From: a virus
Reading direction: 5' to 3' (one strand)
Length of the DNA: 64,000 bases
IMG/VR virus record: IMGVR_UViG_3300025312_000002
Span: 18,512 to 82,511 of that record
Positions 38,275 to 47,671 of this stretch are shown here, in pieces. A program made the translations under genes and the position numbers. Below the pieces are notes generated by a model. It was not told the DNA's origin and made no database searches. It saw only the letters and a list, made by a program, of their open reading frames with translations. Position 1 is the first letter of the stretch; every line of letters starts with the position of its first letter.

Positions 38275-40397
38275 CAATTGCTAAGACTCTTTGGAGTCCC
38301 ACTGAAGGTATAAGAAAACCTGTGCTTAAGAAAAGAACTAAAGAACAGCGGGTTTTGAAAGGTAAGTCTATTGAAGATGTTTTTCATGATCAACGAGTAG
38401 CTGAAGAGGTCTTGGAATCAAAGGTGAAGCACACGGAAGCTCTTGAAAAAGAAAATGCAGTAGATGACCTGCCTATTGATGATATTCCTTCTCTTGACGT
38501 TCTTGATTCAGTTGTTGCTGACGGGATTGATATTGATACTCTTCCTCCTTATGAGATATATGAACCTGAGAATTATAAAGATGGGCCTGAAGGATTTATT
38601 CGCTGGGTTGAAGATAATGTATCTATTCCTATTTATCCTGAAGGAAATGACATTGCTGTTTGGACTCCTGTGAAAGATTTGCCTAAAGAGCTTAGTACTG
38701 AGACAGGCAGAAGCTATTGGGGCTTTTGGAACTCACAAAAACCTGTTTTCCGTCAAGCTTTGCGAATGATTGATAGCAGGTTTATTTATAAGTTGATTAT
38801 CTTATGCTGGCCTCGTGGGGACGGGAAGTCCCTCATTGCTTGTTTAATTCAACTCTGGAAGTTTTGTAACTGGCCTAGACAGCAGATTGTTTTGGGTGCT
38901 AATTCTAAGGAACAAACTAAATTTGTCCATTACGATATAATCAAAGATATTATTCTCAACAGTCCTCCTCTTTTGAGAGTTATTGGGAAACGAAATATCT
39001 TAGAAAAAGAAATTCGTCTTAAAGACAGCAAAGGAAATGTATCTTCTGTTATTCGGGCAATATCTTCCTTTTCGGGTATTGTTTCTAATATAACAGGATA
39101 CACCTTCTCGGAAATGTTTGATATGAAGAACCCAAAGTTCTTTGTACAGCTTGACGGGTCAATGAGAAACGTCCCAAACTCGTTAGGTGTAATTGATTCT
39201 ACAGTATCAACTAAAACTCATATCCTTTATTCTCTGTTTACCTCTTTTGTTAAGAAGCAGAGCAAGACATTGTATTTTAGTTATCGGTACAGTCGGGAAG
39301 CAAATTATCAAGACTATTGGTCACCCAATATGACCCAGAAGCAGCTTGATGATTATAAGATAAAGTTTCCTTTAGGTGATTTTGAAAGGTACTTTAAGAA
39401 CACCTGGGGTAGTGTTGCTGATAAAATATTTTCTGAAGAGATAATTGAATCTATGGCTTATGCTGGGTATAATAATCGAGTCGGGAATTTTGAAGAAATC
39501 AATAAAGCTGTTACTACTCGATCAAAAACGAGAGAGCAGATGGAAATGCTTATTATGGAATCGCAAGGTGCTTTTGCAGGAGAAGATTATTTACTTTCCA
39601 ATAGAAAAGTAATTGAGGAAACAACCCAAGGACTTATTCCAATTGAAAAGTATTATAAATTAACAGACGGGTTCTCTCCTAGCTTTGCTTCTGTTTCTGA
39701 TCTTCAAGTAATGAGCGATCTATTTGATACGAACTGGGCTATATTATGTGGATTTGATAGAGCTGATCCTATGAAGGGAAGTAAACACGGGGCAAGAACA
39801 ATGTTTACTTGTGTTGCTAAAGGGCTTCCGGGAAGCAGAACTCATTATAGACCTTATGATGAACAGGGAGTGACACCAAATTATATATATTTGTTGATTC
39901 ATTTGGTTAATGTGGAAACTCATTCTTCTGAAGATTTAAAAGCAGTGATTGAAACTTGCCATAAGGAGTATGATGGGATTGATTCAATGTGTTCTGAAAG
40001 ATGGGCTTCTTGGGACATTGATCCTTGGTGTAAGGAAGAGGATATTCCCCTTGAGATTATTTTTCCTGTTTATGATAAACAGAAATCAGCTTTTTCGGAT
40101 TTATTCCTTGCTGTGTCAAAAGGAAGATTCAAAGCACCTACAGTTTATATTTCTGGAAGCAAAGAAGAAGACATCCTGCGGGAAGAAATGACTATTTTTT
40201 ACCATGATCCTGATAAACGATGGTTTGGAAGTCCTGAGAAGAATGAAAAATATGGTGTGCAGGATGATACAATGTTTGCTCTTGCTTGGACTGTGTATGG
40301 AGGGAGAAATCTCTTTGTTGATAATTTTAGAGTACGAAAAGGGAATGTTTGGTTTGGAAGTATGATAGAGAACAAACAATTACTAGGTAAATGGTAA
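38271..40397 (+). CDS. terminase large subunit
   Basis: PRGDGKS Walker A, ANSKEQ, GFDRA nuclease Asp, QDDTMFALAW. Confidence 0.85.
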   Translation: MTIAKTLWSPTEGIRKPVLKKRTKEQRVLKGKSIEDVFHDQRVAEEVLESKVKHTEALEKENAVDDLPIDDIPSLDVLDSVVADGIDIDTLPPYEIYEPENYKDGPEGFIRWVEDNVSIPIYPEGNDIAVWTPVKDLPKELSTETGRSYWGFWNSQKPVFRQALRMIDSRFIYKLIILCWPRGDGKSLIACLIQLWKFCNWPRQQIVLGANSKEQTKFVHYDIIKDIILNSPPLLRVIGKRNILEKEIRLKDSKGNVSSVIRAISSFSGIVSNITGYTFSEMFDMKNPKFFVQLDGSMRNVPNSLGVIDSTVSTKTHILYSLFTSFVKKQSKTLYFSYRYSREANYQDYWSPNMTQKQLDDYKIKFPLGDFERYFKNTWGSVADKIFSEEIIESMAYAGYNNRVGNFEEINKAVTTRSKTREQMEMLIMESQGAFAGEDYLLSNRKVIEETTQGLIPIEKYYKLTDGFSPSFASVSDLQVMSDLFDTNWAILCGFDRADPMKGSKHGARTMFTCVAKGLPGSRTHYRPYDEQGVTPNYIYLLIHLVNVETHSSEDLKAVIETCHKEYDGIDSMCSERWASWDIDPWCKEEDIPLEIIFPVYDKQKSAFSDLFLAVSKGRFKAPTVYISGSKEEDILREEMTIFYHDPDKRWFGSPEKNEKYGVQDDTMFALAWTVYGGRNLFVDNFRVRKGNVWFGSMIENKQLLGKW

Positions 40398-40627
40398 AAG
40401 GAGGCACAAGATGGGTTTTCTAATCAAATTGTTAGGTTTTTTCTTAATTTACAATTGGCAGTATAAGAAACGCGGGCCTGTTAAAAGAAAGAAAATTCCT
40501 TTTATTTTAAGGTAAAAAGGCTTAGAAAATAGGTAAAACTAAGATTTTTTAAGAAAAAGCAATCTTTTCTTGACTTTGGCAGCAAACCCTACTATTGTTT
40601 TCTCACTAGACTTTGAGAGGAAACAAT

Positions 40628-42253
40628 ATGGTTAAACAAAAAGTAAATTCTTCTTTACAAGCTCTCAATAAGCTTTCTGATGATGATCTAGCTCTACTTT
40701 CTTTTTCTTTGCCTTTACAGTATGGTTCAGGTGTAGAAGTGGATAGTTCTAAAGATGCAGATGGTTTTTCTATCTCCGGAAAAGATAAGTACATAAAATA
40801 CACAAGAGAACAATTACAAGAAGAGTGTTGGAACAAATTCAATACTTCTCCTCATTTAAATACGGCTGTTCGTGGAGAAGTGGGAAGACATGCAGGATTC
40901 GGATTTGAAATCACTTCTGAGTTACGAGAGATTCAAGATGTTATTGATGAAGAATACTATGATCAGAGAAATAGGCTTTATAATTTTCTTCCTAAGTATG
41001 TTGGAAGAGCAATCATTGAAGGGGAGCTTTTTCTTAATCTGACCGTCCATGATGATTCATTTATTGAAATAGATTTTGTTGATCCCGGTGTTATTTCGGG
41101 GGGAACAGGATGTAAGGACGGTATTCTTTATCATCCTTCAAAAACATTAATGCCTGTTATTTATAATGTAAATGGACAGGATGTTAATGGTTTGGCAGTT
41201 AATGAACAAATTCCCTCTATAAATGTTGCTCGGTATCCTAATATTCTTAGTGAAATAAAAGGAGCTGTAGGAGCAGGAGCAATAAGTGAAGAATTATTAC
41301 AGAACAGCAAGACCCCAAAAACAAAGTTTAAAGGAATAGGCGGATTTAAAAGGTTTATTGTTTCTTGGGATCGTTCTTTTATTTCTGATCGAAACATTCC
41401 TTATTTAAGAACAGTCATTGAATGGTTGAATTTTTATGAGCAATTAAAGAAGTATGAGATTGATCATAAGAAGTCTTCTGGTTCTTATTTATGGATTGTA
41501 ACAATTGAAGACCCAAAAGCATTTAGAACTTGGTTGGGCATGACAGATGAGGATAGACGGAAGACGGGGATTATGGCGAAGAAGTCTCCTGGCTCTACTA
41601 TTATTCTTCCTCCTGGAATGAAAATGGTAGCTTCTAATCCTAATCTGCCAAAGATTTCTGATTCAGACACAGACATACTTCATATGATAACTTCAGGATT
41701 AAATGAACCTGAAGATATTGCTACCGGGCAATCAAAAGGCACATTTGCTTCTGTTAAAGCAAGCAGAGGGCCAATGTCTGATCGTACTGCTGATGAATTA
41801 TCTTATTTTGAACGATATTTGAAGCATGATTTATTTAGTGCTATTTTCTTTTTGAAGTCAGCAGTTGGAAGTTTTCCTTCTGAGTTTAAGAGGAGAGAAG
41901 CAATTGACTTTAAGAAAGGAGGGGAACCGGTATTTGAGAATGTAAAGAAAAAGCCTGAATTTTTGATTGAGATTCAATTTCCTGCTTCTGAAATTAATGA
42001 TTCGGCTGATAAAGCTTCTGCATTGCTCGGAGTTAAGCACGGTTCTCTTTATGATACGCTAGGAATACCTAATCAAAGGATTGCTAAGAAACTTGGGTTT
42101 GGCAATTATAAGAAAATGAGGTTAGAACAACAGACAGAAGAAGAAATCTACCCTGAACTTGCTCCTCCTGTGGATGCAGGTAATCAGCAATTAGAACCAA
42201 ATGCAATAAAACCCACATTGAAGAAAAAAGCAAAAGGAGGAGCAAATGAGTAA
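40628..42253 (+). CDS. portal protein
   Basis: Size, position after terL, IEGELFL and TFASVK segments. Confidence 0.75.
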   Translation: MVKQKVNSSLQALNKLSDDDLALLSFSLPLQYGSGVEVDSSKDADGFSISGKDKYIKYTREQLQEECWNKFNTSPHLNTAVRGEVGRHAGFGFEITSELREIQDVIDEEYYDQRNRLYNFLPKYVGRAIIEGELFLNLTVHDDSFIEIDFVDPGVISGGTGCKDGILYHPSKTLMPVIYNVNGQDVNGLAVNEQIPSINVARYPNILSEIKGAVGAGAISEELLQNSKTPKTKFKGIGGFKRFIVSWDRSFISDRNIPYLRTVIEWLNFYEQLKKYEIDHKKSSGSYLWIVTIEDPKAFRTWLGMTDEDRRKTGIMAKKSPGSTIILPPGMKMVASNPNLPKISDSDTDILHMITSGLNEPEDIATGQSKGTFASVKASRGPMSDRTADELSYFERYLKHDLFSAIFFLKSAVGSFPSEFKRREAIDFKKGGEPVFENVKKKPEFLIEIQFPASEINDSADKASALLGVKHGSLYDTLGIPNQRIAKKLGFGNYKKMRLEQQTEEEIYPELAPPVDAGNQQLEPNAIKPTLKKKAKGGANE

Positions 42254-42578
42254 GATAAGACCTAGTTTTGTTGCTGATGGACATGGGGAAGCAATTCAAG
42301 GAGTGTTAAAACCCACAGTTGCACAGAAAATGACACTTAGCGGTCTTCCAAACGCAAGAACATCAGTTGACTTAACAACAATGATTGTGGAGGTAACACC
42401 TACAGTAGCTTGCAATTTTGATATAGGAGATGCTTCCATTGTTGCAAAGAGCGGGGAAGGTTTTTACCTAGCTGCAAATGTTCCTCAATTATTTAATGTT
42501 GGGGAACATACTAGAATCGGAGCACAGGCTTCTGTTTCTGGAGAAATAGGAACTTTGTTTATTACTGAATTGTCTTAA
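42246..42578 (+). CDS. small beta-rich virion protein
   Basis: Position and composition. Confidence 0.45.
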   Translation: MSKIRPSFVADGHGEAIQGVLKPTVAQKMTLSGLPNARTSVDLTTMIVEVTPTVACNFDIGDASIVAKSGEGFYLAANVPQLFNVGEHTRIGAQASVSGEIGTLFITELS

Positions 42579-42643
42579 AATAAAATTTTATTTGACAGTG
42601 GTTTTAAATAAGTGTAATAGAATAATCAACGGGGGTAGAGAGC

Positions 42644-43786
42644 ATGAACAAAGACAAAAAGGGAAAACAAACTGTTCCTGTTTCCGCTTTTAGTTTTACG
42701 GATTCAGACGCCTTTGCTAAGGTAGATGCTGAAGGGAATGTTGACATTCTTGCTTATTCGGGAAAGCCCTTTCAGCATTGGTACTGGGGAAATTTTGCAA
42801 TTGATGTAAGTGGAGCTCTGTTTGCACAAAAATTTTATCCTGTTTTAGAGCAACACAGTGTAATGGCAAAGGTTGGTTTTTCAACGAAGCCTTTGATCGA
42901 CAATGGTCAACTTTCTATTAAGAGTATGTCTTTTTTAAACACTCCTGAATCTTTAGCTTTTCAAGAAAATAGTAAAGCGGGCTTTCCTTACCAGGCAAGT
43001 ATTCAGGGAAGACCTACAATTCTGGAGGATATTGCAGAAGGGGAAAGTGTTGAGGTAAATGGGCATACTTTAAAGGGGCCGGGTACTGTTTGGCGTAAAT
43101 GGTCTTATATGGAAACTTCAGTTTGTGTGTTCGGAGCTGATCCTAATACAAAATCGAAAGCTCTTTCTGATGAACAGGAAGAGATTGAAGTTGATTTTCT
43201 GAAAAAAGAAGACCTCTTTGATTCAGAAGAGGAAGAAGTGGAGAATAATAAATCAAAGGAGGTGACTAGAGTGGACTTAAAAGAGTTGAAGGAAAAAGAT
43301 TTAGCTGCTTACTCTGCATTGATGCAGGAAGCAAGAGATTCTGTTAAGCTGGAAGTTAAGACGGAGATTGAAACTCCTCTTACTGCTAAATTGACGGAAT
43401 TGAGCACAGTGGTTTCTCAGCAGTCCGAGAAGATTCTTTCTTTTGAAAAGACTGAATTGATTCGGAAAGAGGGGGAGAGGAAAGCAAAGGCTGATTCTAT
43501 TTGGGCTAGCAAACTTGCTTCTTCTGATATTCCTGAACATCTTTTTGCTAAGGTACAGGCACATGTATCTTATGTGAAATTTGTTTCAGAGGCGGGTTTT
43601 GATGAAACTGCGTTTGCTGCTGCTATTGATGCAGAGATTGCAGATTGGACGAAGGGCGGAGTGAGCAAATCTATCATTGGGATGGGCTTTACTCAAAAAG
43701 AAGTAGAGGGACAAACTGCTCAGTTCGTAGCTGATAATGTTTGGATAAAGGACATGGCTAAGTTAGCTGGTCAGACAATTCAATAA
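42644..43786 (+). CDS. prohead protease with C-terminal scaffold
   Basis: AYSG, PVLEQH, YQASI, ETSVCVFGAD; coiled C-terminus. Confidence 0.85.
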   Translation: MNKDKKGKQTVPVSAFSFTDSDAFAKVDAEGNVDILAYSGKPFQHWYWGNFAIDVSGALFAQKFYPVLEQHSVMAKVGFSTKPLIDNGQLSIKSMSFLNTPESLAFQENSKAGFPYQASIQGRPTILEDIAEGESVEVNGHTLKGPGTVWRKWSYMETSVCVFGADPNTKSKALSDEQEEIEVDFLKKEDLFDSEEEEVENNKSKEVTRVDLKELKEKDLAAYSALMQEARDSVKLEVKTEIETPLTAKLTELSTVVSQQSEKILSFEKTELIRKEGERKAKADSIWASKLASSDIPEHLFAKVQAHVSYVKFVSEAGFDETAFAAAIDAEIADWTKGGVSKSIIGMGFTQKEVEGQTAQFVADNVWIKDMAKLAGQTIQ

Positions 43787-43809
43787 TATAAAAAGGAGGT
43801 GAGCTTTAG

Positions 43810-44508
43810 ATGACGATACATGGAGAAACTCCTTATCAGGTTCAGGGTGCAGAAGGCTCTTACAAGAGACTTTTTTATTCTAATCCCGAAAACGCTTTGA
43901 TAAGAGAAGTAACTATTGCAGCGGGATATGGTATATTAAGGGCAGGTACTCCTCTTGCAAAGAATGTGAGTGCTGCCGGTAATGTTGGGAAGTATGTTCC
44001 TTATGCTCCTTCTGTTCCTGATTCTTCTAGTGAGATTCAGAAAGCAAATGCTTTCATTGTTTCTGATGGAACTGCTGCTTTGTTTTGTTATGTAACGATG
44101 GAGGATAGCTACAAATTTGTTGTTGGGGATGATCTGATTGCATATGATACTGATTCAGCAACGTCAAGTGCAGTAAACATGGGTGCAATTACTGCAATCG
44201 ACCGGACAACGCATGTTCATATGGCAAAGATCACTGCAACAGCAAATATTACGACGGGCATCACTGTTGCTTTGAGCGGTGCTGTTCATGTTGAAATGGG
44301 TGCTGACAATACGAATGGTTGGAGTGACTGTGCAGGCATTTTAATGAGTTCAGTTGATACTGGAACAGGTGTAAATGCTAAAGGGGCGTTAGCTCCAATG
44401 CTGTTGTCCAATGCTATTTTGTATGAGGGAAGTTGTGAAGGACTTGATGCTGCTGCTAAGACGGATATTTCTGCTACTAGCAACGGTAATTTGCTTGTAA
44501 TTAAATAA
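43810..44508 (+). CDS. head decoration protein
   Basis: VTIAAGYGILRAGT..CAGIL pattern of lambda gpD-like decoration; precedes MCP. Confidence 0.7.
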   Translation: MTIHGETPYQVQGAEGSYKRLFYSNPENALIREVTIAAGYGILRAGTPLAKNVSAAGNVGKYVPYAPSVPDSSSEIQKANAFIVSDGTAALFCYVTMEDSYKFVVGDDLIAYDTDSATSSAVNMGAITAIDRTTHVHMAKITATANITTGITVALSGAVHVEMGADNTNGWSDCAGILMSSVDTGTGVNAKGALAPMLLSNAILYEGSCEGLDAAAKTDISATSNGNLLVIK

Positions 44509-44526
44509 AAAGGAGGTGAATTCTAC

Positions 44527-45750
44527 ATGCCGACAGGTAAAAGTGATATTCCTGATCTAAGACTTGAGCGACTTCAGGGACTAATAACCGCGTTCACGAC
44601 TTCTCCCAATTTGGTTTTGATGAATATGTTTTCTGAAGAAGATGCAGATTCAGATACAATTAAGTGGGAAAGTCAGGTAGGGAATAGAGGGATGACACCA
44701 TTTGCTGCTCCTGGTGCTCCTTCTCAAACTGTTGCTCCTATAGGGGTGAAACAGGAATCAGCTATGACAGCTTACTGGAAAGAGAAGATGTACTTTGATG
44801 AAGTGTTCCTGAATAACCTTCGCAAAGAGGGAACTGTTGATCAGTATTTTTCTTCTCAGGCTCGTCTTGCAAGAGAGACTTTGATGTTGCGGAATCGTTG
44901 TGATCGTCGTAAAGAGTGGATGTTTGCTCAAATGCTTTCAGGCGGAACAATGACTTATTCCGCTCCCGGCGGAGTAAAAATCTCCCTTGATTATAGTGTT
45001 CCTTCTGCAAATCTTGTGACTCTTGCTGCTGCATATCAGTGGGATACGGGTTCGTCTGTGAATGTTCTTCAGGACATCATGGATGCTCAGTTAGTTCTTC
45101 AGAATTCGATAGGGGCAAAGATTGATTATGCTTTGTGTACGACTGAAGTTCTACAGATGTTGATTATGGATAAGGGAATTCAGACCTTGCTCTCAAAATC
45201 TACTTTCGGTCAGGGGGATTTGTTTACCCGTCCGGTGGCAGTTCTTGGTTCTTTGCTGAATATTCCTAATCTAATGATCTATGATGAGCAGTATGTAATT
45301 TCTGCGTGGTTGACTGCAAAAGTTACAGGAGCTTCTACCACGTCTGTAAGTGTAGATGATGCTACGGACTTTGTTGTAGGGGAAACTTTGAGATTTCATG
45401 ACATTTCAGCAGGCACATATGAAGATGAAACGATTGCTTCTATAGATGTTGAGGCTGGAACGGTTACTGTGTCGTCTGCTCCTACAGCGTCTTTCAAATC
45501 AGGGGAAGATAAGGTCACTATGACTCGCAAATTCCTTGATAAAACAAAGTTTTGTATGTTTGCTTCTGCGGTTGAAGGACAGAAAATAGCTAAGTTTATT
45601 CGGGCTCCTTTTGGTCTTAATCGTTTAAGGGGAATGCAAATTGATACTGAGACTACTTGGGATCCAGATGGCATTTGGCTGCGTGTTCAGAATAAGGGTT
45701 TGCCGGTTCTGCTTAATAGGGATGCAATCTATGTTCTGACGGTAACTTAA
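44527..45750 (+). CDS. major capsid protein (lambda gpE-like HK97 fold) with inserted beta domain
   Basis: RRKEWMFAQML..G, W..DPDG....V....LP motifs. Confidence 0.88.
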   Translation: MPTGKSDIPDLRLERLQGLITAFTTSPNLVLMNMFSEEDADSDTIKWESQVGNRGMTPFAAPGAPSQTVAPIGVKQESAMTAYWKEKMYFDEVFLNNLRKEGTVDQYFSSQARLARETLMLRNRCDRRKEWMFAQMLSGGTMTYSAPGGVKISLDYSVPSANLVTLAAAYQWDTGSSVNVLQDIMDAQLVLQNSIGAKIDYALCTTEVLQMLIMDKGIQTLLSKSTFGQGDLFTRPVAVLGSLLNIPNLMIYDEQYVISAWLTAKVTGASTTSVSVDDATDFVVGETLRFHDISAGTYEDETIASIDVEAGTVTVSSAPTASFKSGEDKVTMTRKFLDKTKFCMFASAVEGQKIAKFIRAPFGLNRLRGMQIDTETTWDPDGIWLRVQNKGLPVLLNRDAIYVLTVT

Positions 45751-45767
45751 TAGAAGGAGGTAGATAA

Positions 45768-46259
45768 ATGGCAAGAAAAGGTTATCAAGGGCCACTTCCT
45801 TCTTCTGATTTTAGAAAACAGGTGGCAACGGAAGTTTTAACTCCTTTTACTGATATAATTTCAGGTGAGTTTGCTGCTTCTGTTAGCAGACCTCTTGGAA
45901 TTGCTCGATTTAAGGGCAGAGTTACAAATGTAATTCTTTCTGTTGCTAAAGACGGATCGTCTGCTTCTGTTGCTGATACTCCTAGATTTTCTGGAGAAGT
46001 GACTATTAATAAGGTTTCAATTTTCACAACGAAGCCATCTATTGGTCATGTTTCAGGGGAGTCTGCTACAATAGGTCAAAAGACTACGTGGGCAGAAGCA
46101 GGGGATACAGGGATAATTCAACCTGTTATAAATCAGGCAACTGCTTCATTTGTTATCGGGGATGTTTTAGATTGGACAGCTATCTATTCAGGCAGCGGAA
46201 GTCCTACTGAAAAGATTCAGAGTCCCGGTATTGTTGTTGAAGTAGAGCCTGATATTTAA
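45768..46259 (+). CDS. probable minor capsid/decoration protein
   Basis: Beta-rich, follows MCP. Confidence 0.5.
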   Translation: MARKGYQGPLPSSDFRKQVATEVLTPFTDIISGEFAASVSRPLGIARFKGRVTNVILSVAKDGSSASVADTPRFSGEVTINKVSIFTTKPSIGHVSGESATIGQKTTWAEAGDTGIIQPVINQATASFVIGDVLDWTAIYSGSGSPTEKIQSPGIVVEVEPDI

Positions 46260-46278
46260 AGAAGGAGGGCAATCAGAA

Positions 46279-46542
46279 ATGAATATTAAAAAGATACAAT
46301 TACTGGTGACAGTCAAAGGTGGGCAGGTGTGGGAAAAAGGAGGAGTTTATTCTGCTCCTTTTCCCGCTGACCTGCAAGGTTTATTGAAGGATGTTCGTTG
46401 TGTGCGAATACTTGAGATAGATAAGGAGGTTGTTAATGGGACAGAAGAAAACAGGGAAGAAGCCAAAGAAGGAAGTAATCAAGAAGCCAAAGAAGAAGTA
46501 AGTGTTAAATCTGCTGTTAAATTAAAGAAGAAAGTAAAGTAA
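46279..46542 (+). CDS. small head-associated protein
   Basis: Position; acidic then basic tail. Confidence 0.45.
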   Translation: MNIKKIQLLVTVKGGQVWEKGGVYSAPFPADLQGLLKDVRCVRILEIDKEVVNGTEENREEAKEGSNQEAKEEVSVKSAVKLKKKVK

Positions 46543-46543
46543 G

Positions 46544-46999
46544 ATGACTTCTTCTGATGCTGTTATATTGATTAAGAGAGAGTTAAAAGCTCTTTCTTCC
46601 AATTTTGTTGAGGATGATTATACTGATGCAATTTCAAATGCTCAAAGGGAATTGAGCCCGTTTATTTTCCCTACATCTGACGACTTTCAAATCCTATGGC
46701 TGATTAAGCGAACTAAGCGGGCTTTATTTTTTGCTCTTCTAGCAGAAAATCTTTTGTCTTTTAAATTCAAGCAACTTTCATTACAAGACAAGTTTAAAAA
46801 TCTTCAATCCATTGTTCAGGCAATGGATGATGAGTTTAGACAGGCAATGGATGATGATCCTTATAAATTTGCAAATGTATCAGCATATCAAATGTTTTCG
46901 CATGTAGTAGGAGCAGGATTTGCTTATGATGCTTTAGGAAGAGATGTTTCTTCTTGTTCTGAGATTTTAGTAAGTGTACATCCAAATGAAGAGGATTAA
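46544..46999 (+). CDS. probable head-tail adaptor
   Basis: Helical, synteny. Confidence 0.55.
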   Translation: MTSSDAVILIKRELKALSSNFVEDDYTDAISNAQRELSPFIFPTSDDFQILWLIKRTKRALFFALLAENLLSFKFKQLSLQDKFKNLQSIVQAMDDEFRQAMDDDPYKFANVSAYQMFSHVVGAGFAYDALGRDVSSCSEILVSVHPNEED

Positions 47000-47004
47000 T
47001 AAAA

Positions 47005-47634
47005 GTGTCTGTTGGAGCCGATGTAAAAAAAGCCTTAGAAGATGTTGGGGTTTCTTTTATCACAAGGAGAGACACAGGCAATTTCTCGGGGGAATTTTTA
47101 ATCTATGATATTCCAAAAGCTTCTTCAGGAATTGGAAATCCATCAGCTTTTGCAAAAGAGACAATACTTGAAGGGGCATTGTCGTATGATACAATAGTTG
47201 TAGAAGGGGATGTTCTTGAACTTAGCAATAGTAAAAGGGTTCTTGTTGCTTCAAAAATTCCTGATATGTTTCAGGATTCTATTGTTATTTACGAAACACA
47301 ATTTCTTAAAGCAAATATTGTTAGTGGTGAGATTTTACGATCATCAGGTGAAGTTTGGGAAGATCAGACGTATCATAAAGTTCAAATATGGGAATCTATT
47401 AAAGCCGGAATTAATAGTGTGTTGGTTGAGGTATCCGGCAATCAATTATCAGACCGAGATGAGCTTGGCCTGCTGACAGTATCGAGAATAGAGATGTACA
47501 TAGCGAGCGGAGAGAACATAAAATTGTTAGATAGGTTCCAAGCACGTTCTGGAGAATATTATCAAGTTGACGTGATTAAGAAAAGCATCTATCCTGCAAT
47601 TAGTGTTATTGAGATGAGCCAAGATACAAGATAA
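47005..47634 (+). CDS. probable head closure protein
   Basis: Duplicated beta-barrel pattern (..GD.L..; D.F..YYQV), synteny. Confidence 0.5.
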   Translation: MSVGADVKKALEDVGVSFITRRDTGNFSGEFLIYDIPKASSGIGNPSAFAKETILEGALSYDTIVVEGDVLELSNSKRVLVASKIPDMFQDSIVIYETQFLKANIVSGEILRSSGEVWEDQTYHKVQIWESIKAGINSVLVEVSGNQLSDRDELGLLTVSRIEMYIASGENIKLLDRFQARSGEYYQVDVIKKSIYPAISVIEMSQDTR

Positions 47635-47671
47635 AATGTTTTAAATACAATTGAATAGGAGAAAACAATCT

